Origin: the human T2T-CHM13v2.0 reference genome, Homo sapiens | Length of the DNA: 64,000 bases | Direction: 5' to 3' (one strand) | NCBI RefSeq assembly: GCF_009914755.1 | Contig: NC_060928.1 | Shown: in pieces, positions 12,330 through 26,563 of the stretch | How the letters are laid out: every line of letters begins with the position of its first letter | How positions within the stretch are numbered: the first letter of the stretch is position 1 | Notes under the pieces: model-generated | Seen by the model: the letters and a program-made list of their open reading frames with translations, nothing else | Told to the model about the DNA's origin: nothing | Databases searched by the model: none | Translations under genes and position numbers: made by a program

Positions 12330-13260
12330 CAGACAAAGGGCTAATATCCAGAATCTACAATGAACTCAACAAATTTACAAGAAAAAAACAAACAGCCCCA
12401 TCAACAAGTGGGCGAAGGATATGAACAGACACTTCTCAAAAGAAGACATTTATGCAGCAAAAAAAAACATGAAAAAATGCTCATCATCACTGGCCATAAG
12501 AGAAATGCAAATCAAAACCACAATGAGATACCATCTCACACCAGTTAGAATGGCAATCATTAAAAAGTCAGGAAAAAACAGGTGCTGGAGAGGATGTGGA
12601 GAAATAGGAACACTTTTACACTGTTGGTGGGACTGTAAACTAGTTCAACCATTGTGGAAGTCAGTGTGGCGATTCCTCAGGGATCTAGAACTAGAAATAC
12701 CATTTGACCCAGCAATCCCATTACTGAGTATATACCCAAAGGATTATAAATCATGCTGCTATAAAGACACATGCACAAGTATGTTTATTGCGGCACTATT
12801 CACAATAGCAAAGACTTGCAACCAACCCAAATGTCCAACGACGATAGACTGGATTAAGAAAATGTGGCACATATACACCATGGAATACTATGCGGCCATA
12901 AAAAATGATGAGTTCATGTCCTTTGTAGTGACATGGATGAAGCTGGAAACCATCATTCTCAGCAAACTATTGCAAGCACAAAAAACCAAACACTGCATGT
13001 TCTCACTCATAGGTGGGAATTGAACAATGAGAACACATGGACACAGGAAGGGGAACATCACACACCGGGGCCTGTTGTGGGGTGGGGGGAGGGGGAAGGG
13101 ACAGCATTAGGAGATATACCTAATGTTAAATGACGAGTTGCTGGGTGCAGCACACCAACATGGCACATGTATACATACATAACTAACCTGCATGTTGTGC
13201 ACATGTACCCTAAAACTTAAAGTATAATAAAATAAATAAATAAATAAATAAATAAATAAG
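12330..13260 (+). mobile_element. L1PA4-like 5'-truncated LINE-1 (ORF2 C-terminus, 3'UTR, (TAAA)n tail)
   Basis: ORF 12421-13023 is the ORF2p C-terminus ([18 protein letters not shown]...SLIGGN); 3'UTR ggagatatacctaatgttaaatgacgag; no convincing TSD beyond gaaaat. Confidence 0.95.
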
Positions 13261-15413
13261 AAAATGCAATCCTCTAGGCCTAGCCTTTTTTCTTCTCTTA
13301 TCTACCTGACGGACCTTTCACAAGACACAACAGCTTCCTATCTGTTCATAAGTAAGCCTATCAAGTTAATTTCACCCACTTCTTTTACTTGCAACTATAA
13401 CGTATTGGGTATATTAAGCATGTGTTTGGTAGCAGAGATTCTAAAATATATTCTCAGTGTGTAAACTACATTTTATGGCAATATCTATATTTGTTATTAA
13501 TTTAGATATTATAGCTATTTTATTAATTGTAAAATATAATTAAATTATAACTAATAATAAAGCAAATAGAAGGGCCTATTATGAAAACTTACTTATCCTT
13601 CTCTCCTTCATTACCTAACCATTCTCTACCTTCCATTTCTTCTTTCTTCCACAAATACTGTAATGTACAAATTTGTGTTTTACGTCACGTCAAATTATTG
13701 GTTCTGTGATTAAAAGTAATTTATACTACATAACTATGTGGATTTATGCATTTGATTTAAATAGATAATATCAAATAATGAGTAATATTCACTTTAGAGG
13801 GAAAAGTATGCCTTGGTTCTCCTGTAAGCCATAATATCTCTTTGGTAGTTCACATCTCAGCTGTTCACACTGAGGACCACATTATCTGCCCTTCACTTGA
13901 AACCAATAAACTTTCAGCCCACAATATTCTGATATTTGAAATCTATGACTGAGTAAGAATTTGGAAACAGACGTTCAAATTTTGAAAATATAGAATCCAG
14001 ATAGTTTCATGTCACTATCTTATAGTTGCACCTCCACGATATCTCAGATGCTCATGTGAGGAGGCCAGGTTGTTCATTATGATTACTCCTGTCTGTCTTT
14101 TGGGTCCTCTGTTTTTGTCTCTTTGCCAGCACATGCATACATTGCAGCCAATTCAGCTAAGTGGCATCTTCCTAACTTCCTTTTTTCCTACTCTTTCTCC
14201 AGTTTTCTTGTCTCAAACTTAGAATTCATAGGATCCTAACCCCATCATACTGTCTTCTCTGAATAACCCAGATTCAAAGCGCCCTGAAGGAAAGCCATCT
14301 TTGGAAACTTCTAATCTCATGCTGTAAGAAGCAGTTTATTTTTAACCTATGGGACAGTTGTAAGCTGAAGAATAGTCTATGAAGTAAACAACTGCCCTGA
14401 TAGGGTCTACTGTTCACAACCATGAAGGAAGTTATTTTATTACCCTATATGAACATTCAATTTACATAATGCTATGCTTTTTGTTGAGTCTGTTTCTCCT
14501 GGTCAGAACAAACTTCTTCTCTTCTTCAAATAGTATTACTCTAAAAGAACCTATTTTTATCTGTATGCCCCCAACAGACTAAGTTTCACAAGAAGCAGGA
14601 AAACATCTTTATTCTGTTTTGTACTCCTAGTTCTTAGCATGTTGCTTGGCACATTTGAAATGCTCAATGAACAGAGGTATGCTGAAAGTAATGGGACTGA
14701 AGCATGGAATCACTTTGCTTACAAATCAGCCTCGCTTCTTAGACTCTGGAAACCCCTCTGAGTCAGGAGCCCTATCACAGTTACGGTGAGTTTTCAAGGC
14801 CTAGCTAAATGCCTGTCACATGTAGGGTTTTGATAAATATTTTAAATTTTTAAATAAATTTTTAAATAAATTAATGAATAAATGCACACATGAGGAAAAT
14901 CTGATAAATCAACATATGTACTCTGAAAGCTTAAAGAGCACAAAGGATGATATAATTTAAGTAACTGTTAATTTATGGGCCATTTCTCCCAGCATCATTT
15001 GAACGCCAATAGAGACAGGGTTTTGTAAACTCGGTTTAGTGTCAGGAGACCTAGTAAGTGCAACTATCCCCAGTCAGTCCATGGTTAAGAGCACAGCATC
15101 TTCCCTTTACAGCCGCCCTCTGTCAATAGAAGACTCTATGCTTTTCAAGATAGTAACATTTTCTTGAAACATTCAATTTCTGACCTTCTCATAAAGGAAA
15201 AAAAAGTCTTTTTCTAGGACAAATATTTGATAGCTTGTTTGGATTACAAATAGATCTTGAAAAAGCGCTGAACAAAAATTTTACTGAAAACAGGGGGTCA
15301 TTTTCCTAGTCAAGGGAAGAAGTGAGCCTATCATTTTCTTCAAATGTATCCCTCAATGGGAAAAAACAATTAGCTTTGTTGAGTAAATTACACACTGGAA
15401 AATGATGAAGGAA

Positions 15414-15687
<274 letters not shown>

Positions 15688-15873
15688 TGAAGGATTTTTT
15701 TTGAGCTATTCAAAGACCTTTGGCTCCTAGAAGATTTAGGTCATTTTTGTCTATTCATTTTATCGTCCACTTCTATTTTAATATCTAATATGCCATGTCC
15801 TTCTTCAGAACTAGCATATCATCTCTCATGAATTTAGCAACTGCATCTAATGCCTTTAAAAGTATACATAGAC

Positions 15874-15983
15874 TATGCATATATAAATATACACCTGTGT
15901 ATATTTATACATGCACACTTGTGTATTTTTATATGTATATGTACATACACACACACACACACACACACACATATATGTATATA
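15874..15983. repeat. (TA)/(CA) low-complexity microsatellite
   Basis: atatacac...(ca)n...atatatgtat. Confidence 0.85.
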
Positions 15984-16046
15984 CTTAAAATACAAGTTGC
16001 TACCCAAACACCATATACTTAAAATATAAGTTGTTACCCAAACAAC
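15979..16046. repeat. 34-bp tandem duplication
   Basis: atatacttaaaatacaagttgctacccaaacacc versus atatacttaaaatataagttgttacccaaacaac (3 mismatches). Confidence 0.9.
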
Positions 16047-16960
16047 ATAGAATGTGTGCATAGTTGTAATGGGCATATTGTTATTCCATTTATTTCAGTG
16101 AGTTACTCAGTTACCACAAATTGAGATTCAGGCAAAGTTAAGTGAAGTCAGTTACTTTTAAAGTAGACAAATGAAATTCTAGTTGTGAATCACTTTGCTT
16201 TCAAAGTAATTGTTTGGTTTAATGATACTTTCTCATACACTTCTACCTCAATAAGTATGTAAATAAATAATATAACATAAATAATGAAAAATAAATATTT
16301 TCAGAAGATTTCACTTATATAGACAAAGACTACCTTTCTGTGCATGTCTTACCAAAATTCTTACCAAGTCAATTTCTTTGACTATGGATATGCAAAATAA
16401 TCCAAACCCCAAACAGATTAAAGCAGACAACAACAATATTAAAATATCAAAACACTTATGCATAAGGGAGAACATATGGTACATAGAGTTGCTAATCATT
16501 TTAAAATATTAACATTTTCTGTCCTCTCTACTTATCCAGTTCCTACCTATAATCCAAAGCCCTTCCTGTGTAACCTTCACCTGAATAAACTCTCTGATTG
16601 CCTAGTCATGTTATTTTGAATCTTTTTAAATTTCTTCTATTTTGTGACCATTGGCTCTCGTTTTTCAAATGAAATAGTGCATTAGTCCAGGACACGTGAA
16701 AAGTTGGACTGGTTGTAAAAAGAAGACAAGATTAGACTCTGGTCCCTTAACTGACCCCCTTGCACATTTTAGAGAGAAAAAAGAGAAACTTTTTTTTTTT
16801 CTGTCTAAAAAGTTAGCCTTAAATCCAAAGGCAATTGTAAGCAACTTTAGGATTTGTAACTTTGAATGTTACTAAAAGTTGATCAGAATTTAAAATCTGA
16901 ATATAGTAGAAGCTTCATAATCTTTGCTGTGTAACTGATTTTAAAAAAATGAGACCCAGA

Positions 16961-17228
16961 TTTTTTTCATTTATTTATTTTAAATTGACACATAATATTG
17001 TATTATTTATAATGTACAATATGAAGTATATGCATTGTGGAGCAAATAATCTAGTTAATTAACATATGCATTACTTCCCATCATTATTTTTTACAGTGAG
17101 AATACTTCACATCCACTCTCTTAGCATTTTTTCAGACTACAAAGTATTATTAACTATAGCCTCCATGATGTGCAACCGATCTCTCAAACTCATTCTATCT
17201 AACTGAAATTATGTATCCCTTGACCAAT
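16961..17228 (-). mobile_element. L1MA-type 3' end fragment
   Basis: ttttaaattgacacataatattgta...ttaacatatgcattac...tattattaactatagcctccatgatgtgcaaccgatctctcaaactcattc. Confidence 0.8.
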
Positions 17229-18228
17229 CTACAGTTACTCTTATTGTATTTTCTCACTATCCCTGTGAAATTGTTATCATCATTCCATTATATAAATGAA
17301 GAAATAATCTCACATAAGGTTAAAGCAGACAACTATTTTTTTCCTGACATTTGATAACTTATAGAAGATTGGTATACTTTTGAAAGTCTCTGGAAAAGGG
17401 TATAAATCATTCTTGCTATAAAACTTGGAAGGTAAAATGAGGCACCCATATTAATTAAAATTGGTTTGGGCCTCAGAGGCTCTGCCTTCCCCCTCCTAGG
17501 TACTATATCATTTAAGCCACTAATGAAATTGTTTTCATGTGATGACTGTCATTTAACAGAATATAGTCCCAGTTTATTAGGTAGCAATATCTTCTTATTT
17601 ACTTTGATGCTAACATATTTTACTAAAGCAGGGATACCTTGAAAAGAACACTGAATTTCGGCTTCAGAATTGAAAAGGAATTGTCTGTGGGAAAGGTTCT
17701 GTTCGGATCCACATGCTTGATTTTTAACATGTCTGCTCTGTTAAGAAAGAGCAATCATGTTGCTTGTTGATGCAAAAGATTAGTTCCAGGATCACATTTT
17801 TATGCATTAAGCATCTGGATTATGACAGGGCAAATCTTTGAAGAGTAGTTGTTACAGCAAATTAGGCAATGTGGTTACATGAAAAGGATACCAGGCATTG
17901 ACCCTCATCCTGGAATTGCCATGAGCTATTTGTAGGTCCTTGAGAGAGTCAGTCCATCTACCAGTTCTCTCTTCTGCAAAATAGGAGGGTGGATTTGATA
18001 TTCTCTGAAGGTCTTTATGGTCATGTGTCTAATGATCCATTTTAGTGACAACTCAAAAGAAATAAGTACACTACCACCTGGTCACTATTCCTTAACATAT
18101 TTAATAATTGCATTGTTTATTGAAATTATAGTTTTAAGCCCGGTAGAATTCTGCGTACCTATTTTTATTTGATTAACAATAGCTGACTTATGAAATATAG
18201 TCCTGTCTGCATCCTTTATTTCTTATAG

Positions 18229-18294
18229 ATACGCTTCCTTCAGGGAGTTTTTGGGTTTACCTTAAAACATTAATAGATGACAAGCTCCTACAGG
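18229..18294 (+). other. Candidate 66-bp spliced exon (unverified)
   Basis: Branch-point-like gctgac (18182), pyrimidine tract ctgtctgcatcctttatttcttatAG, donor CAGG|GTAAGT; one frame is open. Confidence 0.3.
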
Positions 18295-18422
18295 GTAAGT
18301 AACAGTTTTGTAAATATTTGTACTCAAAATGACTTGGATAATGCCTGGCTCATCGCAGCAACTCTGCTTTAGATTTTAAAAATAGTCTTAGTGTGGCCAT
18401 AACAATCAACTTGAGAAATTTT

Positions 18423-18525
18423 AGAAAAAGGAAAAAGAGGAAGAGGAAAAGGAGAAAAAGGAGGAGAAGAACGGGGGTGTGTGGGGGAGTTGGAGGTGTG
18501 GAGAGGGAGGAAAAACAAAAGAAAG
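18423..18525 (+). repeat. Purine-rich (GA) low-complexity tract
   Basis: agaaaaaggaaaaagaggaagaggaaaaggagaaaaaggaggagaagaa... Confidence 0.8.
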
Positions 18526-18907
18526 CACTTCAGCCTTTTGCATTTTGGTTTGGGAAATATTTCCTGCTCCTCTCAACTGTCTGTGTTGGCGCCTTCCCTT
18601 GGGTTTTCTTTTGGTGTCCATTTCCCTTGGAGATTGGCTTTTCTTTTCAGTGTCTAATCCAGTTTGTATATGGAAATACATTTTAGGCTGGGCATCCTTG
18701 CTTTCTCCTGGCATACCCTCTTACTATGTTACTTCTGATAATGATTTTTTTTTGGTAATTAAACCCAATATCAATTGATAATGGCTTCTTGATTGCAGGT
18801 CCCACATTCGTGAATGATGGTAGCCACCCGCTACTCCTTGCCCAGCTCTCTAGGTTCTCCATGAAATGAGTCATCAGTCCTGTCAGAGAAAATAAAAACC
18901 ATTCTAG

Positions 18908-18998
18908 GGCTGAGTCAGGAGGACCCCTTGATCCTAGCGGTTTCATGCAAGCCTGGGCAACATAGCAAGGCCCTATCTCAAAATAAGAAAGCAAAAAA
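18908..18998 (+). mobile_element. FLAM/Alu monomer fragment
   Basis: ggctgagtcaggagga...cttga...agcctgggcaacatagcaaggccctatctcaaaataa. Confidence 0.75.
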
Positions 18999-19009
18999 TG
19001 AAACAGAAT

Positions 19010-19380
19010 TGTGAGGTAGAGAATTACCCCAGGATGAGAAATTCAGGAATGAAGAATGGAACATGGCTAACAAAGAAAGACTCTCTTAGGAGGTCAAATT
19101 TAAGCTAAGCTCTTAATGATGAGAAGGATTCATTCTCAGAAAATCTAGGGGCAAAGAACTATCAACAGAGGGAAGAAAGAATGAGGACCTAGGTACTGAG
19201 AGAGGTATGTGCTTGGAACATAAGGAGGATAAAAAGAAAACGAGCGCACCAAATTACAGCAGGCAAAAGGAAGACAGTTTAAAGCTCAATGAAAGGTACA
19301 GGCAAAGGCCAGCCCATAGAGGGCTTTAAAGGAATTAGATGGTCTTTGGGTTTTACTAAAAGTATAATGGAAAATTTGAC
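19010..19380 (-). mobile_element. L2 fragment (degenerate)
   Basis: gactctcttaggaggtcaaatttaagct...aggcaaaggccagcccatagagggcttt...ttgggttttactaaaagtataatggaaa. Confidence 0.5.
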
Positions 19381-20088
19381 AATACTGAATCTTAAGAGAA
19401 AGACTGAGAACTGAGAGCCTCAAGGAATTTTGTGTCAGTTATTTATTGGGGTCACAGGATAGTCACTGGTTGATATCCCACCTCTGCCATAGAATATATT
19501 GACATTCAAGAATAAACTCAATTTATTGTTTTTCATTAAATTGTAGATTACAACTGTATAAACTTGTGTAAATATATAATTTGGCTCTGTGGACTGATTC
19601 TTCTTCCTCATCTGTGAGCCGCAGAATTGACACAGGACAAGTTCTGGTGAATCCTTGGAAAACTCTCAGACACCAGAATTCTTCATCTGTTCTTTAGTGA
19701 ATGGATATTGTGGTATGAGTTTAAAGGCCATGAGCATGGGAGACATGGGCAGGCTTAAACTGTGTGGTATAAATCTGTCTGTGACAGGAGATTTTCCTAA
19801 GATAATCTTAGGTAATAGGTATTCACAGATGGAAATGAAGGGGCATTGGAGAATTTTCTAGCAGGAGCTGTCCTTGAGAGGGAGTCTCAGACAGTATCAT
19901 AGGGACTCTGCATTTTCTCCCCATGTCAATCTCTCCTATTTTCTCATCACAACTTCAAGAGAATATTGACTAGGTTTTGATGTTAGTTTTGATTAACCAT
20001 GTTTCCAGATATACACATTAAAATTATCTTCCCTCGTTGGATGTTTCTTATATTAGTTTTATTTTGTTTTTAGCTTAGCTCATGAGTT

Positions 20089-20215
20089 TGTGATAGGCTG
20101 AATAACAGACCCCAAAGATGTTTACGTTATAATATCTGTAACCTGTGAGTATATTACCTTACACGGCAAAAGGGACTTTGCAGATGTGATTATGTTAAGA
20201 ATCTCGAAATCTAGA
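20089..20215 (+). mobile_element. MLT1D-like LTR 5' fragment
   Basis: tgtgataggctgaataa...cccaaagatgt...aacctgtgagtatattaccttacacggcaaaagggactttgcagatgtgatta. Confidence 0.8.
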
Positions 20216-22607
20216 GAATGTGTTCCAGGGAGCTGGAGGGTAGTAATAGCTAAGAGGGAAGAAATAGAGAAGGCAAAAGACTGAAGATCAGGTATCAAAA
20301 TGAAATTCAATCCAGGGGAATAACAAAAGAGAAGTAGACTCTCTGTTCTGAGACCACAAATGGAGTTCATTGGTAAAGAGTTTTTTAGCATATCTATCTT
20401 GTTTGCATATATTAAAATAAATTTAGTGATGATGAGAATCTTAGCAGCAGATAGCATAGTATTTGGCTCTTCAAAACCCATGCAGATTTCACTACTTAGC
20501 CATCTTGATGTTGCAACTCAACATGCACAGATACCCACTGGATTAAATGATGTACATTTCTTCTGTATTTACACTAATAAAAGTTTGTTAATAACTAAAT
20601 TAATAAAATATGGTATGGAGTCATATTGGATAATCCTATTATTAACCAAATGCCTGGTTATAGCATTAACAAACCATGCATGAAACTGCTGACCTTCCAA
20701 ACAAAAATGAGATATTAACCTAAAGGTGAAACTGATAGATTAAGCCATTTCTGGAATAATTTAGTGGCTGAACCATAATATTTAGATCAAAGAATGAAAT
20801 CTGATTCTATCCAATTTTAGTGGATATGTATGAGTTCATGGTCAATACCAATTAAAAATAAACACTCCACACAACTTAATCTCTTTTTCAATGGGTCAGG
20901 CATTCATTTCACTGAGTTGTTAGTACCAGCAATTCAATTAAAGGAAGAAAAAGAAAGAACTATGCATTGCAATAAACTTTAGTATTTGAAATAGCTTAAT
21001 AAAATGAACATAATCTCAAAAGTGTTTTTCTCCTTCAATGTGCAAGTTTTAATTACTCCATTTTGTATTAAAAAACTTGTTAAAAATGTCTAATTGCCAC
21101 TTCCAACTGAATGACGTTCTATGATTGCTGGGTCTTGCCTGTCTGTAAAGCACTTTAGGCTTGTATTTATAGGTCTTACAGGAAAGAACTGCAGACAATT
21201 AAGAGTGGCAATTAGTCCTGAATGCCTAGATGTCAAGGGAGGAATACAACTCTTGGAGGGGAATACAGCTGCAGATATTGGGCTGATCTGTTAGGTCGCT
21301 ATTGTAAAGCACAAAGCATTAGGTCAGCGTCCCATAAATAATATACCTTCCTTTTCTCTTTGAAAAGATCAGGTTTGAATAGCTATGAGAGTTGGAAATT
21401 ATTCTGATATACCTTATAAGTAAGCAAGGGAAGGCTAAACATTTTAATAATTTTGTTCATGTTCTTATTTTTTTATTGCAAAGTAGGACAAAGTTAAACA
21501 AAATAAAAATGTCACCCACAATTTCATAATCCTAATACAGCAATGTATTTTCTTATAATAAAAATACATGCTCATTTTTGAATACTTGGGAATTTCAAAA
21601 CCAAAAATAGGAAAATAATAAATTAAGTAGTTACACAATAATTAAGACCTGTTTGGGAAATATATTTAGGATTTTGAAGTGCTTCTTGATTTTTCATGAA
21701 CTCCATGAAAGCACAGTAACATAGATTAAGGCAGTCACCACTCCAAAAAATGCTGGGGGACTCCACAGTGTGGGTCAAGGCCAAGGAAATAGCTACTACT
21801 CCTGAGGGTAGTTTCAGCAAACCAAGCAGGCATCCCCAGGCAGCAACACTGTGAATTCTGAATGTCCATCCATGCCTCTGATGGACAGCGGTGCGGAGAG
21901 CCAGGCAGTTATTGTGCATGAATGAATGCCCAAGTTCTTATGGAACTAACCAAGCATGCAGAGTTTCCTGACAAACAGGAAAACCAAGTTCAAAGCAGAA
22001 AACCAAGGATACAACTTAGCTGTGAAGCTGAACAAACTCTAAAAGAGAAAAGGTAAGGATAAAAAAATTAAAAAGCCCAAGTCTCAGAACCAGCTATTGA
22101 AAGATTAATTCTAAGCACTGTTGACTAGATATCCTGTGTCGAATGTGCTAAATGCATGGTGAGAATATGCATGGACAGCTCTGATCTGAAACACAGAATA
22201 TTCTTAATGATTACAGGTGCCTCTTTCCCCCATGAGAAAGTAAACTCCATGAGGAAGAGTTTTGTCTATTTTATTTACTGTGGTATCTGTAATGATTAGA
22301 ACAACGTCTGAAATAGTAGCAGCTACTCAATAATTATCGGCTTACATCATTAATTAATCAGGCTGGTACATGTAAGACTGTCACATCACTAGATTCCCAG
22401 CAAAGTGTTGAAAGGCAAATGAATATTCAACCTCAGGATGGGGTGCAACAGAGCAAGCAGCATGAGAGTTGAAATCAGCTGACCTGATTTCTCAGATCCA
22501 CACTTCCATAGGTGGATAGTCATCGACACATTAATTAATTTATCTCAGCCTAAGCTTTCTCATTCATAAAAAAGAGCAATGGCTCTAGTTAGAAAGCTCT
22601 GAGTTCT

Positions 22608-22664
22608 GAGAATGCACCACTGCACTGCAGCCTGGCGACAGAGCGAGACTCCGTCAAAAAAGAG
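22608..22664 (+). mobile_element. Severely 5'-truncated Alu (~55 bp, AluSc-like)
   Basis: caccactgcactgcagcctggcgacagagcgagactccgtcaaaaaa; degenerate 17-bp TSD agaaagctctgagttct / agaaaactctgaatcct. Confidence 0.85.
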
Positions 22665-24130
22665 AGAAAACTCTGAATCCTATAACTGGTTATATCTCTG
22701 ATGTTCTGAGGGGTCCTTAGACAATTTAATTAATCTTTGTTTTCTTGTGCCCCACTTTCCCCCTCTGTAAAATTTAGAGAGTAATCATATGCACCCTAAA
22801 GCATTTCGATCAAGAATAAATAAGCTGATTCATTTTAAAAACTTTGTGCGACTTGTATTATTATCTGTTGCGTATGGACACTAAGCTAATCCTAGTTCTT
22901 AATTGTATTAGTAATTGTATTTATAGTTTATTATATTGTGGATAACACTTTATGCAGATGGACTCTAGGAGGGCCCTGTGCCTCTCCTTTGGAGTTCTCC
23001 ACTTTCACATGATTATCATATTGTTGGTGCCCAGAAGGGTTGAAAGCACTTCGTGGGCAGAAACTGTATCCTCATTCCTCATTAATTTATCCTCCATAAC
23101 AGTACAAAGCCTAGCACTCAAGAAACACTTAATAGATACTAATGAATTAGCAAAAGATTGTGAGAACATCAAAGGTGATGAGGAGTATAAAATATTTTTA
23201 AAATTAAGGCCTATAATAATATTTTATTTCATTATTATTTCTAGGACAACCTTTTTGGTGTTTGGAGTTTTCCAGACTAATGAGACTTTTTTTTTTTGTT
23301 CTCTTCTCTATTCTCTCAGCTGTGGTAATAGTAATAAGTGCATTCATTAAAGTTTGAAAGAAGTTGTATGGAAAAGAGGGGAAAAGTCTTTAGACAAAAC
23401 AGAGTAAAGAATGCATTGCTTTATTCTCCAACTATAGAGCTCATCTAAAACAAACAGGGGAGCAAGGGCATAGATCAGGAGGTATCATGGTACAGTTTAT
23501 TATTTGTTTATGTTATCAGGGCACATTTGGGGGACCTTACTATTCACTAGGTCGTAAGCTATGCAGTCTAGCTACAGAGAAGAAATGATATTCTTTAAAA
23601 GCTTGAAGAAATCACAAGGTAATGGAATGGCAGACATATGCAATTACATTTTAAGGTAAACGGTGTTCCAAAGACGGGGGATAAAGGAAAGGTGTGTCAG
23701 TCTTCCCAGGGAAAAGTTAGAAAACGTTTCATTCCGTAAGTGATGCTTAAGATTAAGTTAAAGAATGAGTATAAATTTGGGGGGTATCCAAATTGGGTCA
23801 GGTATCAAAGCCAATGAGCCAGAGTGAGCTGGCATCTGCAAAAATCACAAATGTGTGAAATTAGGTCACGAGTGAGGAATTATGCCTACTTCAATATCAT
23901 TGGAGCATAAACGAGGTGAAGATGAGTGAAGTGAGTGATATGTACTATGTAGTGGAGAGATTCTAAAGTGTCTTTCAAGATAAGTTGATTGACTATTACA
24001 AGAGTAAGTGTGAGCATGAAGAATAAATTCATTTTGATTTTAAAAATTGTAGATGGTTGATGGAAGAAATGTAAGGGCTGATAAAGAAGGTATTTTTAGA
24101 AATTAGATATTTCAGGATATATAACCTAAT

Positions 24131-24470
24131 ACTTTTTAAATTTTTGTGGGTACATAGTATATACATACATATGACACATGAGATATTTTGACACAGGCAT
24201 GCAATGCGTAATAATCACATCAAGATAAATGGGGTATTCATCACCTCATGCACTAATCCTGTGTGCTACAAACAAGTCAATTATATTATTTTAGTTATTT
24301 AAAAATATACAACGAAATTATTATTGACTATAGCCACCCTGTTATGCTATCAAATACTAAGTTTTATTCATTCTTTCTATTTTTAATACCCATCAACCAT
24401 TCCCGCTTCTTTGCCACTCCCCAACACCACTGTTCCCAGCCACTCATAACCGTCCCTCTATTCTCTTCAA
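24131..24470 (-). mobile_element. L1MA-type 3' end, inserted in L2-like sequence
   Basis: tttttgtgggtacatagt...gagatattttgacacaggcatgcaatgcgtaataatcacatc...ttattgactatagccaccctgttatgctatcaaatacta. Confidence 0.85.
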
Positions 24471-25305
24471 GACATATAAATCTTAATGAGATATTGACAG
24501 TGAAGATGCAGAAGAGATTTAAAAATATGCAGGAAACAGAACTGACAGGACATGGTAACTGGTTGAATACAGGAAACAGAACTTAGAAGATTGTTCTGTG
24601 TTAGCAATGAGATCATCTATAGGTAAAGATGTTATGAATCTTTCCTGGGGACTGACCTTCTACCTGATTCACTATTGTCAATATCTGCAATTTTTTGTTT
24701 GGTTGTTTTTTTTCATCCTTTAAGTTTTCACGCACTTTGGGAAAACTCTCTCTGTATGTAGACTTTTAAGGAAGCAATTCCTTACACCATCCCTCTATTC
24801 ATGCTCTCATTGTGGAAAACCAGGAACTTCGTCCTCCTTCTACTCAGCCGTAATCAAAATTTGTTCTTTGGACTGTTAATCTTTAAACAGTATTAAGAAG
24901 ACTGCAACAGTTATCAGGTGAGACTCATTGTAGTGCTTGTAGCAATAATGGAATGGTCCAAATTGTGCCTGTAATGTGGTATTTGGATATGGGTTTCTGC
25001 TTCTCCAACATGGAGATCCCTTGATTACTGTTCACATTTTCCAAGTTTTATCTTCCAGCCCGTCCATTCTTTGAGGTCCCAATATCCTTTTAACAAATTG
25101 TCTTTTTGATTAAAAGAACCCAAATTAATTTATCTTTCTTATGACCAAATCCCTAACTACTCTGGTCCCATTCCTTTCAGATAACCAAATGTGCTCCAAT
25201 TTGCGGACACTTCTCTGTAATTGATGCCTATAATGTAATAGTCATTTAGCATACTGTTAATAGAGTAGAGTAAAACAAAGCCAATATTCTTCTTAACCAT
25301 CAAGG

Positions 25306-25496
25306 GTTTTTTTAATTTTTGTTTTTGAGACGGGGTCTCACTCTGTCACCCAGGCTGCAGGGCAGTGGAACCATCTTGGCTCACTGCAAACTGCCTTTCA
25401 GGCTCAGGCAATCTTCCCACTTCAGCCTCCTGAGTAGCTGGGACTACAGGTGTATGCCACCACACCTGGCTAATTTTTGTATTTTTTTGTAGAGAC
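25306..25496 (-). mobile_element. AluJ-like, right arm plus linker (5'-truncated)
   Basis: gagacggggtctcactctgtcacccaggctg...ggctcaggcaatcttcccacttcagcctcc...tttttgtagagac. Confidence 0.9.
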
Positions 25497-26562
25497 AATC
25501 AAGTTTAACAATATCACAGCACAGATTCCAAATCAGTGTACAGTATTATCATTCCAGCTGCCTGCTATTAATGTTTCTTTTTTACTATCATTTTCATAGG
25601 ACCTTAGTAATGCCTGAATTCTGTTTGTGGCCTTTATCTTTCTCCTTCCTTTGTCAATAGAATGCCTTTCCAGATGACCTCTTTAGATGTCTTCTCACAG
25701 CTATGTAGCCTCTGGTCATGTAACATAAAAAAATCTGATCTATAACACCTTCAAGATTGGGCACTGCTCCATAGGAATAACGTGTGCTTAAGATGGGGAA
25801 AATACACAAGTCTCTTCCTTCATACATTCTTGGGCTAGCCCAGCCCAGGGAAAACTAATTCGAAAACTAATGGCAGTACTGAAATCTGTATAAGTGATCA
25901 AGTGGTTATGAAAGGAGAAGTTCCCTGTTAAGCATAAACATCAGAGGCTTTTTGCCCCAACATCCCTAGAGAGATCTGGTATATCTTCTCATAATTATGA
26001 AATTTGGTGGACCAATATTTACTGAAGGCTGATTATGTACCAGACATAACCCTATATGCTGGGATTTAGCCATAAGAAAAACAGAGAAGGTACTATGATC
26101 ATCCCCAAACAAGAGAACTGTTTTCTACACTTATGTAGAGACTCTGAAAGGGGTAAAAGCTATTTTTCAATGACAGAGCCTTTGAGGCTAGAGAATTAAA
26201 ATGAGTGTTACTCTTATAAAAATCAGAGAAAACAAAACTTTTGTCACTCCTCTCTCCAAGAAGGCAGAAGTAGAGTTTCTCATCCTGGCTCTGCAAAGTC
26301 CTAGGAAGCACTGTGAGGGGAGGGTGACACTTCAGGTGACCGGGCATCATTCCCAGAATGACAAATGACAAATCTTCCACCCCTTCCAAAGGAAGTGTGA
26401 GTGGGGATAAATCAATGAGTATGTTTCAGAACTGTAGTTTCTAACACAGGATTTACCTTAGATATAATCACAGCTGCTGCACAAAGTTCCAGAAAAGGCT
26501 TGTTGAACTCATCTACAATGAACTGGCTCTAAGAGCAAAGGCCAATGCTCTGACCGTGCTAA

Positions 26563-26563
<1 letters not shown>

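Noticed and set aside
12421-13023. 200-aa ORF nearly identical to 45721-46329, suggesting a gene duplication
   Set aside because: Both are L1 ORF2 C-termini from independent L1 insertions
18393-18686. ORF with an Arg/Lys-rich NLS- or protamine-like tract
   Set aside because: It is the translation of a GA-rich low-complexity run and has a non-ATG start
21862-21900. 8-bp inverted repeat (tgtccatc/gatggaca) and REST half-site-like ggacagcg
   Set aside because: It is not a canonical RE1 arrangement, and matches this short are expected by chance
21979-24917. Other splice-like motifs (AG|gtaagg at ~22052, CAG|gtgaga at ~24917)
   Set aside because: The partner sites are weak or ambiguous, and no coherent exon chain could be built
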